From Burkholderiales bacterium (GTDB lineage Bacteria > Pseudomonadota > Gammaproteobacteria > Burkholderiales > SG8-39): DNA of 25,910 bases. The position numbers and the translations under genes are program-made. Below are positions 7,038-14,352 of the stretch, piece after piece. Within the stretch, counting starts at the first letter, position 1, and every line of letters begins with the position of its first letter. Below the pieces are notes generated by a model, which was not told the DNA's origin, did not search any database, and saw only the letters and a list, made by a program, of their open reading frames with translations. The stretch is taken from assembly GCA_041568535.1 (NCBI GenBank), contig JBFFZT010000001.1, positions 1 through 25,910 of the forward strand, given 5' to 3'.

Positions 7038-8129
7038 CTAGACCTTGCGCACGCTGAGCAGGTAGTCGTAGCCCGTGGCTTCGGTGCGCAGCGAGATCTC
7101 GGCGCCGACGAGGCCCTCGGTCCAGGCGAGCACGCTCTCGGCGGAGCGGTAGCGCAGCGACCAGTCGGCGATCATCTCGAGCGGCCACAGCATGTCGGTG
7201 CCGGACTTCATGTTGCCGAGGAGCAGCATGCCCCCGGGCCGCAGGGTCTCGTAGAGGCGGCGCGTCAGCACCTGGCAGGTGCGGTCGCTGAAGTAGTCGA
7301 ACAGCCCCGCGCGGTAGATCAGGTCGGACGGCGGCAGCAGCGACGAGGGATCGACTTCGCGCAGCAGCCGCAGCACCGAGATATGCCGCATCTCGATGCG
7401 CGCCGCGCCGTTCGCCGGCCCTTCGCAAACCGCCCTGGAGAGTTGTCGGCCGGCAAAGCACAGTGCGTCGCCATCCTGGTCCAGCAGGAAAAAGCGCGTG
7501 GCCCGCGCCGCGAGCGGATCGTGCGCGAGGAACTCCGTGACCTCGCGGGCCGGCCCGCAGCCCAGGCTCGCGATGACGCAGGGGTCGGAACCGCCGTGCC
7601 TCGCGACGGCCTCGCCGATCGCCTGGCGCACGAGGTCCTTGCGCTTCACCACGAACTGGCCGATGTGCACCGCGAGCTCGTGCGCGACGGCGCCGAAGCT
7701 CGTATCGCCCTCCGGCGCGCCGTCGTACATGTAGTTCATCGCCACGTAGTCGCCGGGGTAGCCGAGCGGCTTGGTGTACGCCTGGCGCCACAGCGGCGCG
7801 CCCATCAGCTCGGGCGTCAGGTGCGCCTCGGTGTAGTCCTTGGCCAGGCCCAGGTGCTGCGGCGTCGCGGCGATTTCCGGCAGGCACGCCGCCGCGTCCG
7901 CCCAGGCGACGCGCCAGTCGTTCCACAGATCGCGCGTGATGGCGCCGATGACGGGGTCGGCGACCGCGCCCGCGATCTGCGGGCCCGCCGAGCGCAGCCG
8001 CGCCTTGGTGGCGAGGAGCAGCTCGACCGTCCGGTCCACCACCTCGCGGTACTCGGGGCACAGCCAGCCCGCCGCGCGGGCGACCTGCGGCGCAAGGACA
8101 GCGCGCGTGCGTTCGATGTTCGCGTCCAT
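7038..8129 (-). CDS. Class I SAM-dependent methyltransferase, PhcB-like
   Basis: SAM motif IASLGCGPAREV, acidic LLDQD, DLIYRAGLFDYF, LRPGGMLLLGN, DWSLRYRS, plus AYTKPLGYPGDYVAMNYMY. I recall the last motif from PhcB-type methyltransferases. The methyltransferase call is firm; the PhcB subfamily call is less so. Confidence 0.8.
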   Translation of the reverse strand: MDANIERTRAVLAPQVARAAGWLCPEYREVVDRTVELLLATKARLRSAGPQIAGAVADPVIGAITRDLWNDWRVAWADAAACLPEIAATPQHLGLAKDYTEAHLTPELMGAPLWRQAYTKPLGYPGDYVAMNYMYDGAPEGDTSFGAVAHELAVHIGQFVVKRKDLVRQAIGEAVARHGGSDPCVIASLGCGPAREVTEFLAHDPLAARATRFFLLDQDGDALCFAGRQLSRAVCEGPANGAARIEMRHISVLRLLREVDPSSLLPPSDLIYRAGLFDYFSDRTCQVLTRRLYETLRPGGMLLLGNMKSGTDMLWPLEMIADWSLRYRSAESVLAWTEGLVGAEISLRTEATGYDYLLSVRKV

Positions 8130-8130
8130 C

Positions 8131-9429
8131 TCAGATCGCCTTTACCGGCCGCGCACCTGCCGGGTCGTGCGCCGCGTCGCTGACTACGCGCAGGCCCGCG
8201 CCGGCCGCCACCTTGCGGCCGGTCAGCAGGTAGGCGTTGATCTGCTCGCCGTGCTTCAGCGTCAGCGTGCCGCGCTCCTGGAACTCGTACTTGTTGCGCA
8301 GCCGCCAGTAGGTCGTCTCCGACACCTGGATGGCGCCCGGAATGCCCTCCTGCTGCAGGCGGCTGGCGTCGTTGACCGGCCCGCCCCACAGGTCGAAGAT
8401 CGGCACGTGGGTGCCGATCACGCCGGAGACGAGCGACCCGGTGCTCATGCCGATGCGCACCTGCAGCGGCAGGTCGTTTTCCTCGGCGTAGCTGCGCACG
8501 AAGGCGAGCGCCTCGATGGCGAACTCGGCCATTGCCTCGGCGTTCTTTGGCGAAGGCGAGCGCACGCCGGCGACCGCCATGTAGCTGTCGCCGATGGTCT
8601 TGACCTTCTCGACCCCGCGCTGGTCCGAGATCTCGTCGAAGCGGTTGAAGATGACGCCCAGCACCTCGACCACGTGGCCCGGCGCCATGCGGTGCGTGAG
8701 CGAAGTGAAGCCGACGATGTCGGCGAACAGCACGGTGGCCTCGCCGACCGCCTCAGCGATGGTGCGCTCGCCGTCGCGCAGCCGGCTCATGATGCGGTCG
8801 GGCAGGAAGTTGCGCAGCAGCGTCTCGCTCGCCTGCTTGTCGGTGCGCAGGTCCTCCTCGAGCGCGTAGGCGTGGCGTTCCGTCCACTCGAGCAGCGCCG
8901 TGTAGATCAGGCCGATGGCCGACGCGGCCACCAGGAAGACGTTGGTGTTGAGGAACTGGAACGTGCTCGCGCCGGTGGCGAGCAGCAGCACGTTGGCCAG
9001 CGCGATGATGGTGCAGCAGGCGATGAACGCCGCGCTGAACAGCAGGCGGATGGCGCCGCAGGCATACATGATGACCAGCAGCAGCCCGGGCACGCCGTAG
9101 GTGAAGCCGTGCGGCAGGATGGCGAGCACCAGGGCGATGCCCGCGGCGCCGAGGATCACGGTGGCGCACAGCACGCTCTGCGACCAGCGCTCGAAGGATT
9201 TCAGGAACGTGAAGCCGAAGACGGCAACGGCGAAGAAGCTGAACGGCAGGCGCACGCTCAGCGTGTAGAGCAGCGCGTCGGGAGCGATGCTGTAATCCCA
9301 GGCGAGGAACAGCAGGTAGAGCGTCGCCGCGACGGGCAGCGAAACGCGGATGAACGGAATCGAGCGTTCCGCGTAGCGCGCGCGGAAACGGGCTTCCTTG
9401 TCGCCTTCGAATCGGGCCAGTCCAGGCAT
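8131..9429 (-). CDS. Membrane-anchored class III adenylate cyclase (about 6 TM, helical linker, catalytic domain)
   Basis: About six hydrophobic segments in the first ~180 aa, linker SETLLRNFLPDRIMSRL, then VLFADIVGFT, EKVKTIGDSYM, RIGMSTG, FDLWGGPVNDASRL. Both metal Asp, the ATP-specifying Lys/Asp and the Asn/Arg pair are present. SD GAGGTGAGG upstream. Confidence 0.93.
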   Translation of the reverse strand: MPGLARFEGDKEARFRARYAERSIPFIRVSLPVAATLYLLFLAWDYSIAPDALLYTLSVRLPFSFFAVAVFGFTFLKSFERWSQSVLCATVILGAAGIALVLAILPHGFTYGVPGLLLVIMYACGAIRLLFSAAFIACCTIIALANVLLLATGASTFQFLNTNVFLVAASAIGLIYTALLEWTERHAYALEEDLRTDKQASETLLRNFLPDRIMSRLRDGERTIAEAVGEATVLFADIVGFTSLTHRMAPGHVVEVLGVIFNRFDEISDQRGVEKVKTIGDSYMAVAGVRSPSPKNAEAMAEFAIEALAFVRSYAEENDLPLQVRIGMSTGSLVSGVIGTHVPIFDLWGGPVNDASRLQQEGIPGAIQVSETTYWRLRNKYEFQERGTLTLKHGEQINAYLLTGRKVAAGAGLRVVSDAAHDPAGARPVKAI

Positions 9430-9454
9430 CGCCTCACCTCGATGCAGGTACCCA

Positions 9455-9490
9455 CTGACGCTAGTCCGGCAGGTGCCGGACGATCGTCAG
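9455..9490. other. 36-nt imperfect inverted repeat in the intergenic region 5' of the cyclase
   Basis: CTGACG-CTAG-TCCGGC-AGGT-GCCGGA-CGAT-CGTCAG pairs at 14 of 16 stem positions. No U-tract follows on the - strand. Confidence 0.7.
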
Positions 9491-9514
9491 AGAACGTGAC
9501 CAGCGTGCACTAAG

Positions 9515-10354
9515 TCACGTCGGCGCGCGTAAGGATTTGCCTGATATGGGACTCAGGAAATACGCATCCATGGCGAGCACGCCCCCTTCCACGTGCTCGA
9601 GGAGGCGCTCGGCGCGCGCATCGCGCCCCGCCGCGCCCAGCGCCACGAACAGGGGCAGGAAATGCTCCTCGCTCGGGTGCGCGCGCACCCCCGCCGGCGA
9701 GAGCCGGCGGTAGTCGGCGAGCCGGTCGTAGTCGTGCGCTTCGATGCACTTGCGCACCCAGTCCTGGAACTCGCTTACGTAGGGCGCGCCGCCCCCGACG
9801 CCCGTATCGCGCACGCTGCGCAGCTCGCGCAGGTTGTGCGTGAGATGCCCGGAGCCGATGATCAGCACCCCTTCGCGCGCGAGTGGCGCGAGCGCGGCGC
9901 CGAGCGCAAGGTGGTGGCGCGGGCCGAGCGCCGTCTGCACCGAGACCTGCACCACCGGCACGCTGGCCTGCGGGTACATATACAGCAGCGGCGTCCAGGC
10001 GCCGTGATCGAGGCCGCGCTGCGCATCGATCGACGCCTCCAGGCCCGCGGCGGCGAGCAGCTGCTGCGCGCGCCGCGCGACCTCGGGCGCCCCCGGTGCC
10101 GGGTAACGGATCTCGTACAGGGGCTGCGGGAAGCCGTAGAAGTCGTGCATCGTTTCGGGATGCGCCGCGCCGGTCAGCGCCGGCCGGTCGGTTTCCCAGT
10201 GCGCCGAGGCGATGAGGAGGGCGCGCGGGCGGGGCAGACGCTCCCCCAGCGCCTTCCAGGCCCGGCCCGTCGCGCTGGCGCCCGCCTCCAGCGCGTGCAT
10301 CGGCGAGCCGTGCGAGATGAAGACCACGGGCAACGGCGCGCTAGACTCGCTCAT
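9515..10354 (-). CDS. DODA-type (class III, LigB/YgiD family) extradiol dioxygenase
   Basis: FISHGSPM, IASAHWET, HDFYGFPQPLYEIRYPAPG, RGLDHGAWTPL, IIGSGHLTHNL, RAHPSEEHFLPL. Confidence 0.92.
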   Translation of the reverse strand: MSESSAPLPVVFISHGSPMHALEAGASATGRAWKALGERLPRPRALLIASAHWETDRPALTGAAHPETMHDFYGFPQPLYEIRYPAPGAPEVARRAQQLLAAAGLEASIDAQRGLDHGAWTPLLYMYPQASVPVVQVSVQTALGPRHHLALGAALAPLAREGVLIIGSGHLTHNLRELRSVRDTGVGGGAPYVSEFQDWVRKCIEAHDYDRLADYRRLSPAGVRAHPSEEHFLPLFVALGAAGRDARAERLLEHVEGGVLAMDAYFLSPISGKSLRAPT

Positions 10355-10377
10355 TGAAGGGAATTCTCGCAGAAACG

Positions 10378-11199
10378 ATGAGGCACTGGCCGGTCCTGCT
10401 GTGCATGCTCGCCGCGCTGCCCGCCGCGGCGCAGGACAAGCCGCGCCCGGACGTGATGGAGACCTTCACCGTCAACCAGGACCGGGAAGGGTTCGAGCCG
10501 CCGCTCACCGAGAACGAGCCGGTCTATTTCGTCATGGGCGCGCGCGGCGGCACCAACGCGCGCTTTCAGCTGTCGTTCAAGTACCGGCTGTTCGACCGCG
10601 GGCTGGGGTGGGGCAGCGATCAGCCCTGGCTGGCCGGCTTTTACTTCGGCTACACCCAGACCTCGCTGTGGAACCTGTCCGGCGATTCCAAGCCGTTCCG
10701 CGACACGAGCTACCGGCCGTCGTTGTTCTGGGCCTGGAAGCGCACCGACGACAAGACCTGGATCGACGCGGCGCGCGCCGGTTTCGAGCACGAGTCGAAC
10801 GGCCGCGACGGCGCGGAGTCGCGCTCCATCGACGTCGCCTTTGTGCGCCCGGAGTGGCACTGGGACCTCGACAACGGCAAGCGGCTGGAATTCACGCCGA
10901 AGGCCTACGGCTATATCGACAAGCAGGAGAATCCCGATATCCAGAGGTACCGCGGCTACGTCGACTGGCAGCTGCGCTATGGCGATGAAGTGCGCAGCTG
11001 GCGCGCCATGGCGCGGCTCGGCACGGCGGGCAAGGGCAGCCTGACGCTGGACTGGTTCGAGCGCACGCGCGTGCTCGGCTTTGGCCCGGTGTCAGGCTAC
11101 TTCCACGTGCAGTTCTTCGCCGGCTACGGCGAGGACATCCTCGACTACGATCGGCGCTTCAAGTCGCAGCTGCGCCTGGGCTTCGCCATCGTGCCCTAG
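10378..11199 (+). CDS. pldA: Outer-membrane phospholipase A (OMPLA/PldA family)
   Basis: Signal peptide MRHWPVLLCMLAALPAAA, RFQLSFKY, YFGYTQTSLW, PFRDTSYRP, catalytic FEHESNG, GYGEDILDY and a beta-barrel-type C-terminus (LGFAIVP). A TTG at 10354 is an alternative start. Confidence 0.9.
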   Translation: MRHWPVLLCMLAALPAAAQDKPRPDVMETFTVNQDREGFEPPLTENEPVYFVMGARGGTNARFQLSFKYRLFDRGLGWGSDQPWLAGFYFGYTQTSLWNLSGDSKPFRDTSYRPSLFWAWKRTDDKTWIDAARAGFEHESNGRDGAESRSIDVAFVRPEWHWDLDNGKRLEFTPKAYGYIDKQENPDIQRYRGYVDWQLRYGDEVRSWRAMARLGTAGKGSLTLDWFERTRVLGFGPVSGYFHVQFFAGYGEDILDYDRRFKSQLRLGFAIVP

Positions 11200-11211
11200 C
11201 GCGCACCGCCC

Positions 11212-11715
11212 TCAGGTGGTCGACGGCCGCCAGGTATAGGGCACGGGGCCCGCCGCGCGCAGTACGCGGATCATGCGCAGCGCCGCCTCGCGGCCGCGGT
11301 AGTAGCCGGGCACGACGATGGTCTCGTCGAAGCCCATGGCGCGGTAGAAGCCGCGCGCCGCTTCGTTGCCGGCGCGCAGCTCCAGGTGCAGGCTGGCGAT
11401 GCCGGCGGTGCGCGCCGATTCCACCAGCCATTCCACCAGGCGCCGGCCGATGCCCATGCGCCGCTGCGCGGGACGCACCGCGAGCAGCACGAGGTGCGCG
11501 CGCTCGTCGCCGAACTCCATGATGGCGAACCCGGCGATGCGCCCGCGGTCGCAGGCCACCGGCGTCAGCGTGTCGGGATTGCGGATCGCTTTCAGGATGC
11601 GCGCGGCATCGTACTTCCAGCCCAGTCCGGATTCGACCAGGTCGCGCGACATGAGCGCGATCGCCTGTGCGTCGCGTTGTCCGGCGAGCCTGACCGAAAT
11701 GGCGTGCGCGGTCAT
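11212..11715 (-). CDS. GNAT acetyltransferase, RimI-like
   Basis: HLVLLAVRPAQRRMGIGRRLV (acetyl-CoA-binding motif A), LELRAGNEAARGFYRAMGF, VPGYY. Confidence 0.88.
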   Translation of the reverse strand: MTAHAISVRLAGQRDAQAIALMSRDLVESGLGWKYDAARILKAIRNPDTLTPVACDRGRIAGFAIMEFGDERAHLVLLAVRPAQRRMGIGRRLVEWLVESARTAGIASLHLELRAGNEAARGFYRAMGFDETIVVPGYYRGREAALRMIRVLRAAGPVPYTWRPSTT

Positions 11716-11721
11716 GCGGGA

Positions 11722-11751
11722 AGTCTAATCGCAATCGCGGCGAATTGTCAT
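11722..11751 (-). promoter_or_regulatory. Sigma70-like promoter ATGACA-N18-TAGACT, 6 nt before the GNAT ATG
   Basis: On the - strand, -35-like ATGACA (11751-11746), -10 TAGACT (11727-11722), ATG at 11715. No SD. Confidence 0.6.
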
Positions 11752-11754
11752 CGG

Positions 11755-14313
11755 TCAGCCGGCCTCGGCGAAGCGCTCGCGGATGCGCACCGCGCGCTCC
11801 AGCCCGTCGGCGGCCTCCAGCACCTTGAGCCGCAGGTCCGGATCCAGCGTGCCGGCGAGGACGCGCTGCACCGCGGCGAGCGCCCGTGCGTCCCACTGGC
11901 CCGCCAGGAACGCGCCCAGCCAGTGCTCGACGAAGAAGATCTTGCGCTTGGCCTTGAGCTCGGGGAGCCGCGCCAGGGCCGCGCCGAGCAGGGGAGCGGT
12001 GTACGCCGCGTGCTCGGGCGCATTGAAGGGCGCAAGCGCTTCCTCGATCCAGCTCTCGGGAAGCTCGACGTCGCCCGCCAGCCGCCGGAACATGGCGCGC
12101 TTGGCTTCCGCGTCGGCGAGCGCGGCCGATGCCGCGAAGGCGTAGCGGCGCGCGTTGTCGCCGCGCTCGGCGGCCGCGGCCTCGGCAAGCAGGCGCGGGC
12201 CGTCGGGGTCGGCGCGCACCAGCAGCCGCGCGATGAGGCGGAAGCGGTCGCGCTCGCCGAGCTCGACGCCGGGCGCGGCGAGCGCGCCTTCCAGCAGCCG
12301 CTTCAGGTCGGTAAGCGCGTTGCCCGACCAGGCGAGCGCGATGAAGGCGCGCAGCATCAGGAGGCGCCGGCTCTCCGGCCCCTCGCCGAGCGCCGCGTCG
12401 AGCAGCGTGCGCTCCAGGCGCGGCGCGAGCCGGTCGCGCTGCGCGTCCGACAGGTAGCGCCGGAACGCCGCCTCGATGCGCGCCAGCAGCCCCGCGAGGA
12501 TCACGTCGTCGCTTTCCTCGGGCGCGAGCGCCAGCGCGAAGTCGATGAAGGCCGCGGGGGCGAGCTCGGCGTCGCGCACGCTTTCCCACAGCGCTTCGAC
12601 CAGCTGCGCGCGCAGCAGCCCGTCGGGCAGCGCGCGCGGCTCGGCGAGCAGCGCGTCGCGGCTCGCGGCATCGAGCAGGAACCGCCCGTAGCCGAAATCC
12701 CCCGCGTTGGGATAGCGCCAGCGCACCGGGCGCCGTCCGGCGGGTCCGGCAACCGTGGCGAGCGCGCGCTCGAGGCGCACCTCGGAGGTCATCACGCTGC
12801 CGTCGGCGGCGGCGGCCGCCACCACGAGCTTTTGCGGCCAGACGCCGCCCTGGCCGGCGGTGTCTTCCTGCACGAGCTGCACGCCGGCGCCGCTCTCGCG
12901 CAGCGTCACGGTGGGCAGGCCGCGCCGTTGCACCCAGGCCGCGGCCCAGGCCTGCAGGTCGCGCTGCTCGACGCGCTCGAAGGCGCGCACCAGGTCGCTC
13001 CAGTCCGCCGCGCCATAGGCGTGGCGGCGCAGGAAGTCGCGCATCGCGCGCCGGAACACGTGCTCGCCAAGATAGAACTCGGCCTGGCGCAGGACGGCCG
13101 GTCCCTTGGCGTACACGATCGCGCCGTAGGCGGACTTGGCCGCCGACAGGTTCGCCAGCGGCTGCCTGAGCGGCGTGGTGCCGGCGGTGGCATCGGTACG
13201 GTAGGCGCTCGCCTTGAGCGCGTGGAAGGCGCTCCAGGGCTCGAGCTCGGGCACGATCGCGGCGGCCGCCTTGGCCGCCATGAAGTTGGCGAAGCCTTCC
13301 TTCAGCCACAGGTCGTCGAACCAGCGCATGGTGACCAGGTTGCCGAACCACTGGTGCGAGGTTTCGTGGAAGATGAGCTGCGCGCGCCGCAGCAGGTCGG
13401 GGCGGCTCGGCGGATCGGGAAACAGGATCGATTGCTCGTTAAGAAACGTGGCGCCCGCATGCTCCATGCCGCCGTAGGCGAGCTCGGGCACCAGCACCAG
13501 GTCGTACTTGGCGAACGGGTAGGGCCGCGCGAACTCGGCCTCGAAGAACGCGAGCGCGAGGCGATTCAGGCGCAGCACCTCTGCGGCGTGCGCGCGCGCC
13601 CGCTCCAGCTGCGAGCGGCGCACGAACAGGCGCACCGGCTCGCCCGCCTGCGTCAGCTCCTCGAACGGGCCGGCGGCGAAGGCGAAAAGATAGGTCGAGA
13701 TCGGCTCGGTCTCGGCGAAGCGCACGCGGCCGGGCGCCTGTTCGAGCGCGGGCGCGTTCGACACCGCGCGCCAGTCCCGCGGCAGCCGCAGCGCGAGGCG
13801 AAAGCGCGCCTTGAGATCGGGCTGGTCGAAGCAGGGAAACACGCTGCTCGCATCCGCGGGCACGAACAGCGAGTACACGTAGCTCGAGCCGTCCTCGCGG
13901 TCGCGGTACACGGTGAGCGCGCTGCCGCCGACCGCGATCGGCGCGCTGAACTCCAGCTCGACGCGGTTCGCGCCGCGCCGCAGCGCATCGCGCGGCACGA
14001 TGAGGTGCTCCTTTTCGTGCCGCGCCTGCACCGGCTTGCCGTTGACGCGCAGGCGGCGCACCGGCGCGCCGCGCCAGTCGAGGATCAGGTCGACGCGGCG
14101 CGCGAGCGCCACCTGCAGCTCGAGGCGGCCGTCGGCGCGCTTGCGGCGCACGTCGAGCCGCAGGTCCAGGGCGTACGCGAGGTCGCGGTAGTGCTGCGTG
14201 CGCCAGCGCGCCAGCTCCAGCGACACGCCGGGCTCGAGCCGCGGGGCCGGCTGCCCGAACGCGGCGCCCGAATGCGCGGCCAGCAGAATCAGGAGGGCAG
14301 CCCCGGCGCGCAT
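11755..14313 (-). CDS. Secreted M1 family aminopeptidase (PepN-like, with C-terminal helical domain)
   Basis: Signal peptide MRAGAALLILLAAHSGAAFG, FPCFDQPDLKA, GGMEHAG (GAMEN equivalent), zinc motif HETSHQWFGNLVTMRWFDDLWLKEG, YAKG. The real start is ATG 14313, not 15672. Confidence 0.93.
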   Translation of the reverse strand: MRAGAALLILLAAHSGAAFGQPAPRLEPGVSLELARWRTQHYRDLAYALDLRLDVRRKRADGRLELQVALARRVDLILDWRGAPVRRLRVNGKPVQARHEKEHLIVPRDALRRGANRVELEFSAPIAVGGSALTVYRDREDGSSYVYSLFVPADASSVFPCFDQPDLKARFRLALRLPRDWRAVSNAPALEQAPGRVRFAETEPISTYLFAFAAGPFEELTQAGEPVRLFVRRSQLERARAHAAEVLRLNRLALAFFEAEFARPYPFAKYDLVLVPELAYGGMEHAGATFLNEQSILFPDPPSRPDLLRRAQLIFHETSHQWFGNLVTMRWFDDLWLKEGFANFMAAKAAAAIVPELEPWSAFHALKASAYRTDATAGTTPLRQPLANLSAAKSAYGAIVYAKGPAVLRQAEFYLGEHVFRRAMRDFLRRHAYGAADWSDLVRAFERVEQRDLQAWAAAWVQRRGLPTVTLRESGAGVQLVQEDTAGQGGVWPQKLVVAAAAADGSVMTSEVRLERALATVAGPAGRRPVRWRYPNAGDFGYGRFLLDAASRDALLAEPRALPDGLLRAQLVEALWESVRDAELAPAAFIDFALALAPEESDDVILAGLLARIEAAFRRYLSDAQRDRLAPRLERTLLDAALGEGPESRRLLMLRAFIALAWSGNALTDLKRLLEGALAAPGVELGERDRFRLIARLLVRADPDGPRLLAEAAAAERGDNARRYAFAASAALADAEAKRAMFRRLAGDVELPESWIEEALAPFNAPEHAAYTAPLLGAALARLPELKAKRKIFFVEHWLGAFLAGQWDARALAAVQRVLAGTLDPDLRLKVLEAADGLERAVRIRERFAEAG

Positions 14314-14320
14314 GCGCGGC

Positions 14321-14328
14321 AGTATAGT
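14321..14328. promoter_or_regulatory. Overlapping divergent -10 hexamers AGTATAGT (TATAGT + at 14323-14328; TATACT - at 14326-14321)
   Basis: Lies in the 39-bp gap between divergent starts 14313 (-, no SD, 7 nt from the hexamer) and 14353 (+, SD GGAGG). Confidence 0.6.
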
Positions 14329-14352
14329 GGGGCCAACTCCCAGGAGGCGGAC

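Noticed and set aside
4217-8143. Shared 10-mer AAAGGCGATC upstream of DUF1428 (+, 4217-4226) and of the methyltransferase (-, 8134-8143)
   Set aside because: Only two short copies, one inside the cyclase coding sequence; consistent with chance or SD-like purine content.
7038-9429. Horizontally acquired island boundaries around the cyclase-methyltransferase pair
   Set aside because: No integrase, transposase, tRNA or flanking direct repeats seen, and no composition shift obvious by eye. A GC/codon-usage scan would be needed.
9495-9520. CRP/cAMP-receptor site upstream of the cyclase (autoregulation)
   Set aside because: The GTGA and TCAC half-sites are 15 nt apart rather than the 6 nt required for TGTGA-N6-TCACA. 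Kept only as a generic inverted repeat.
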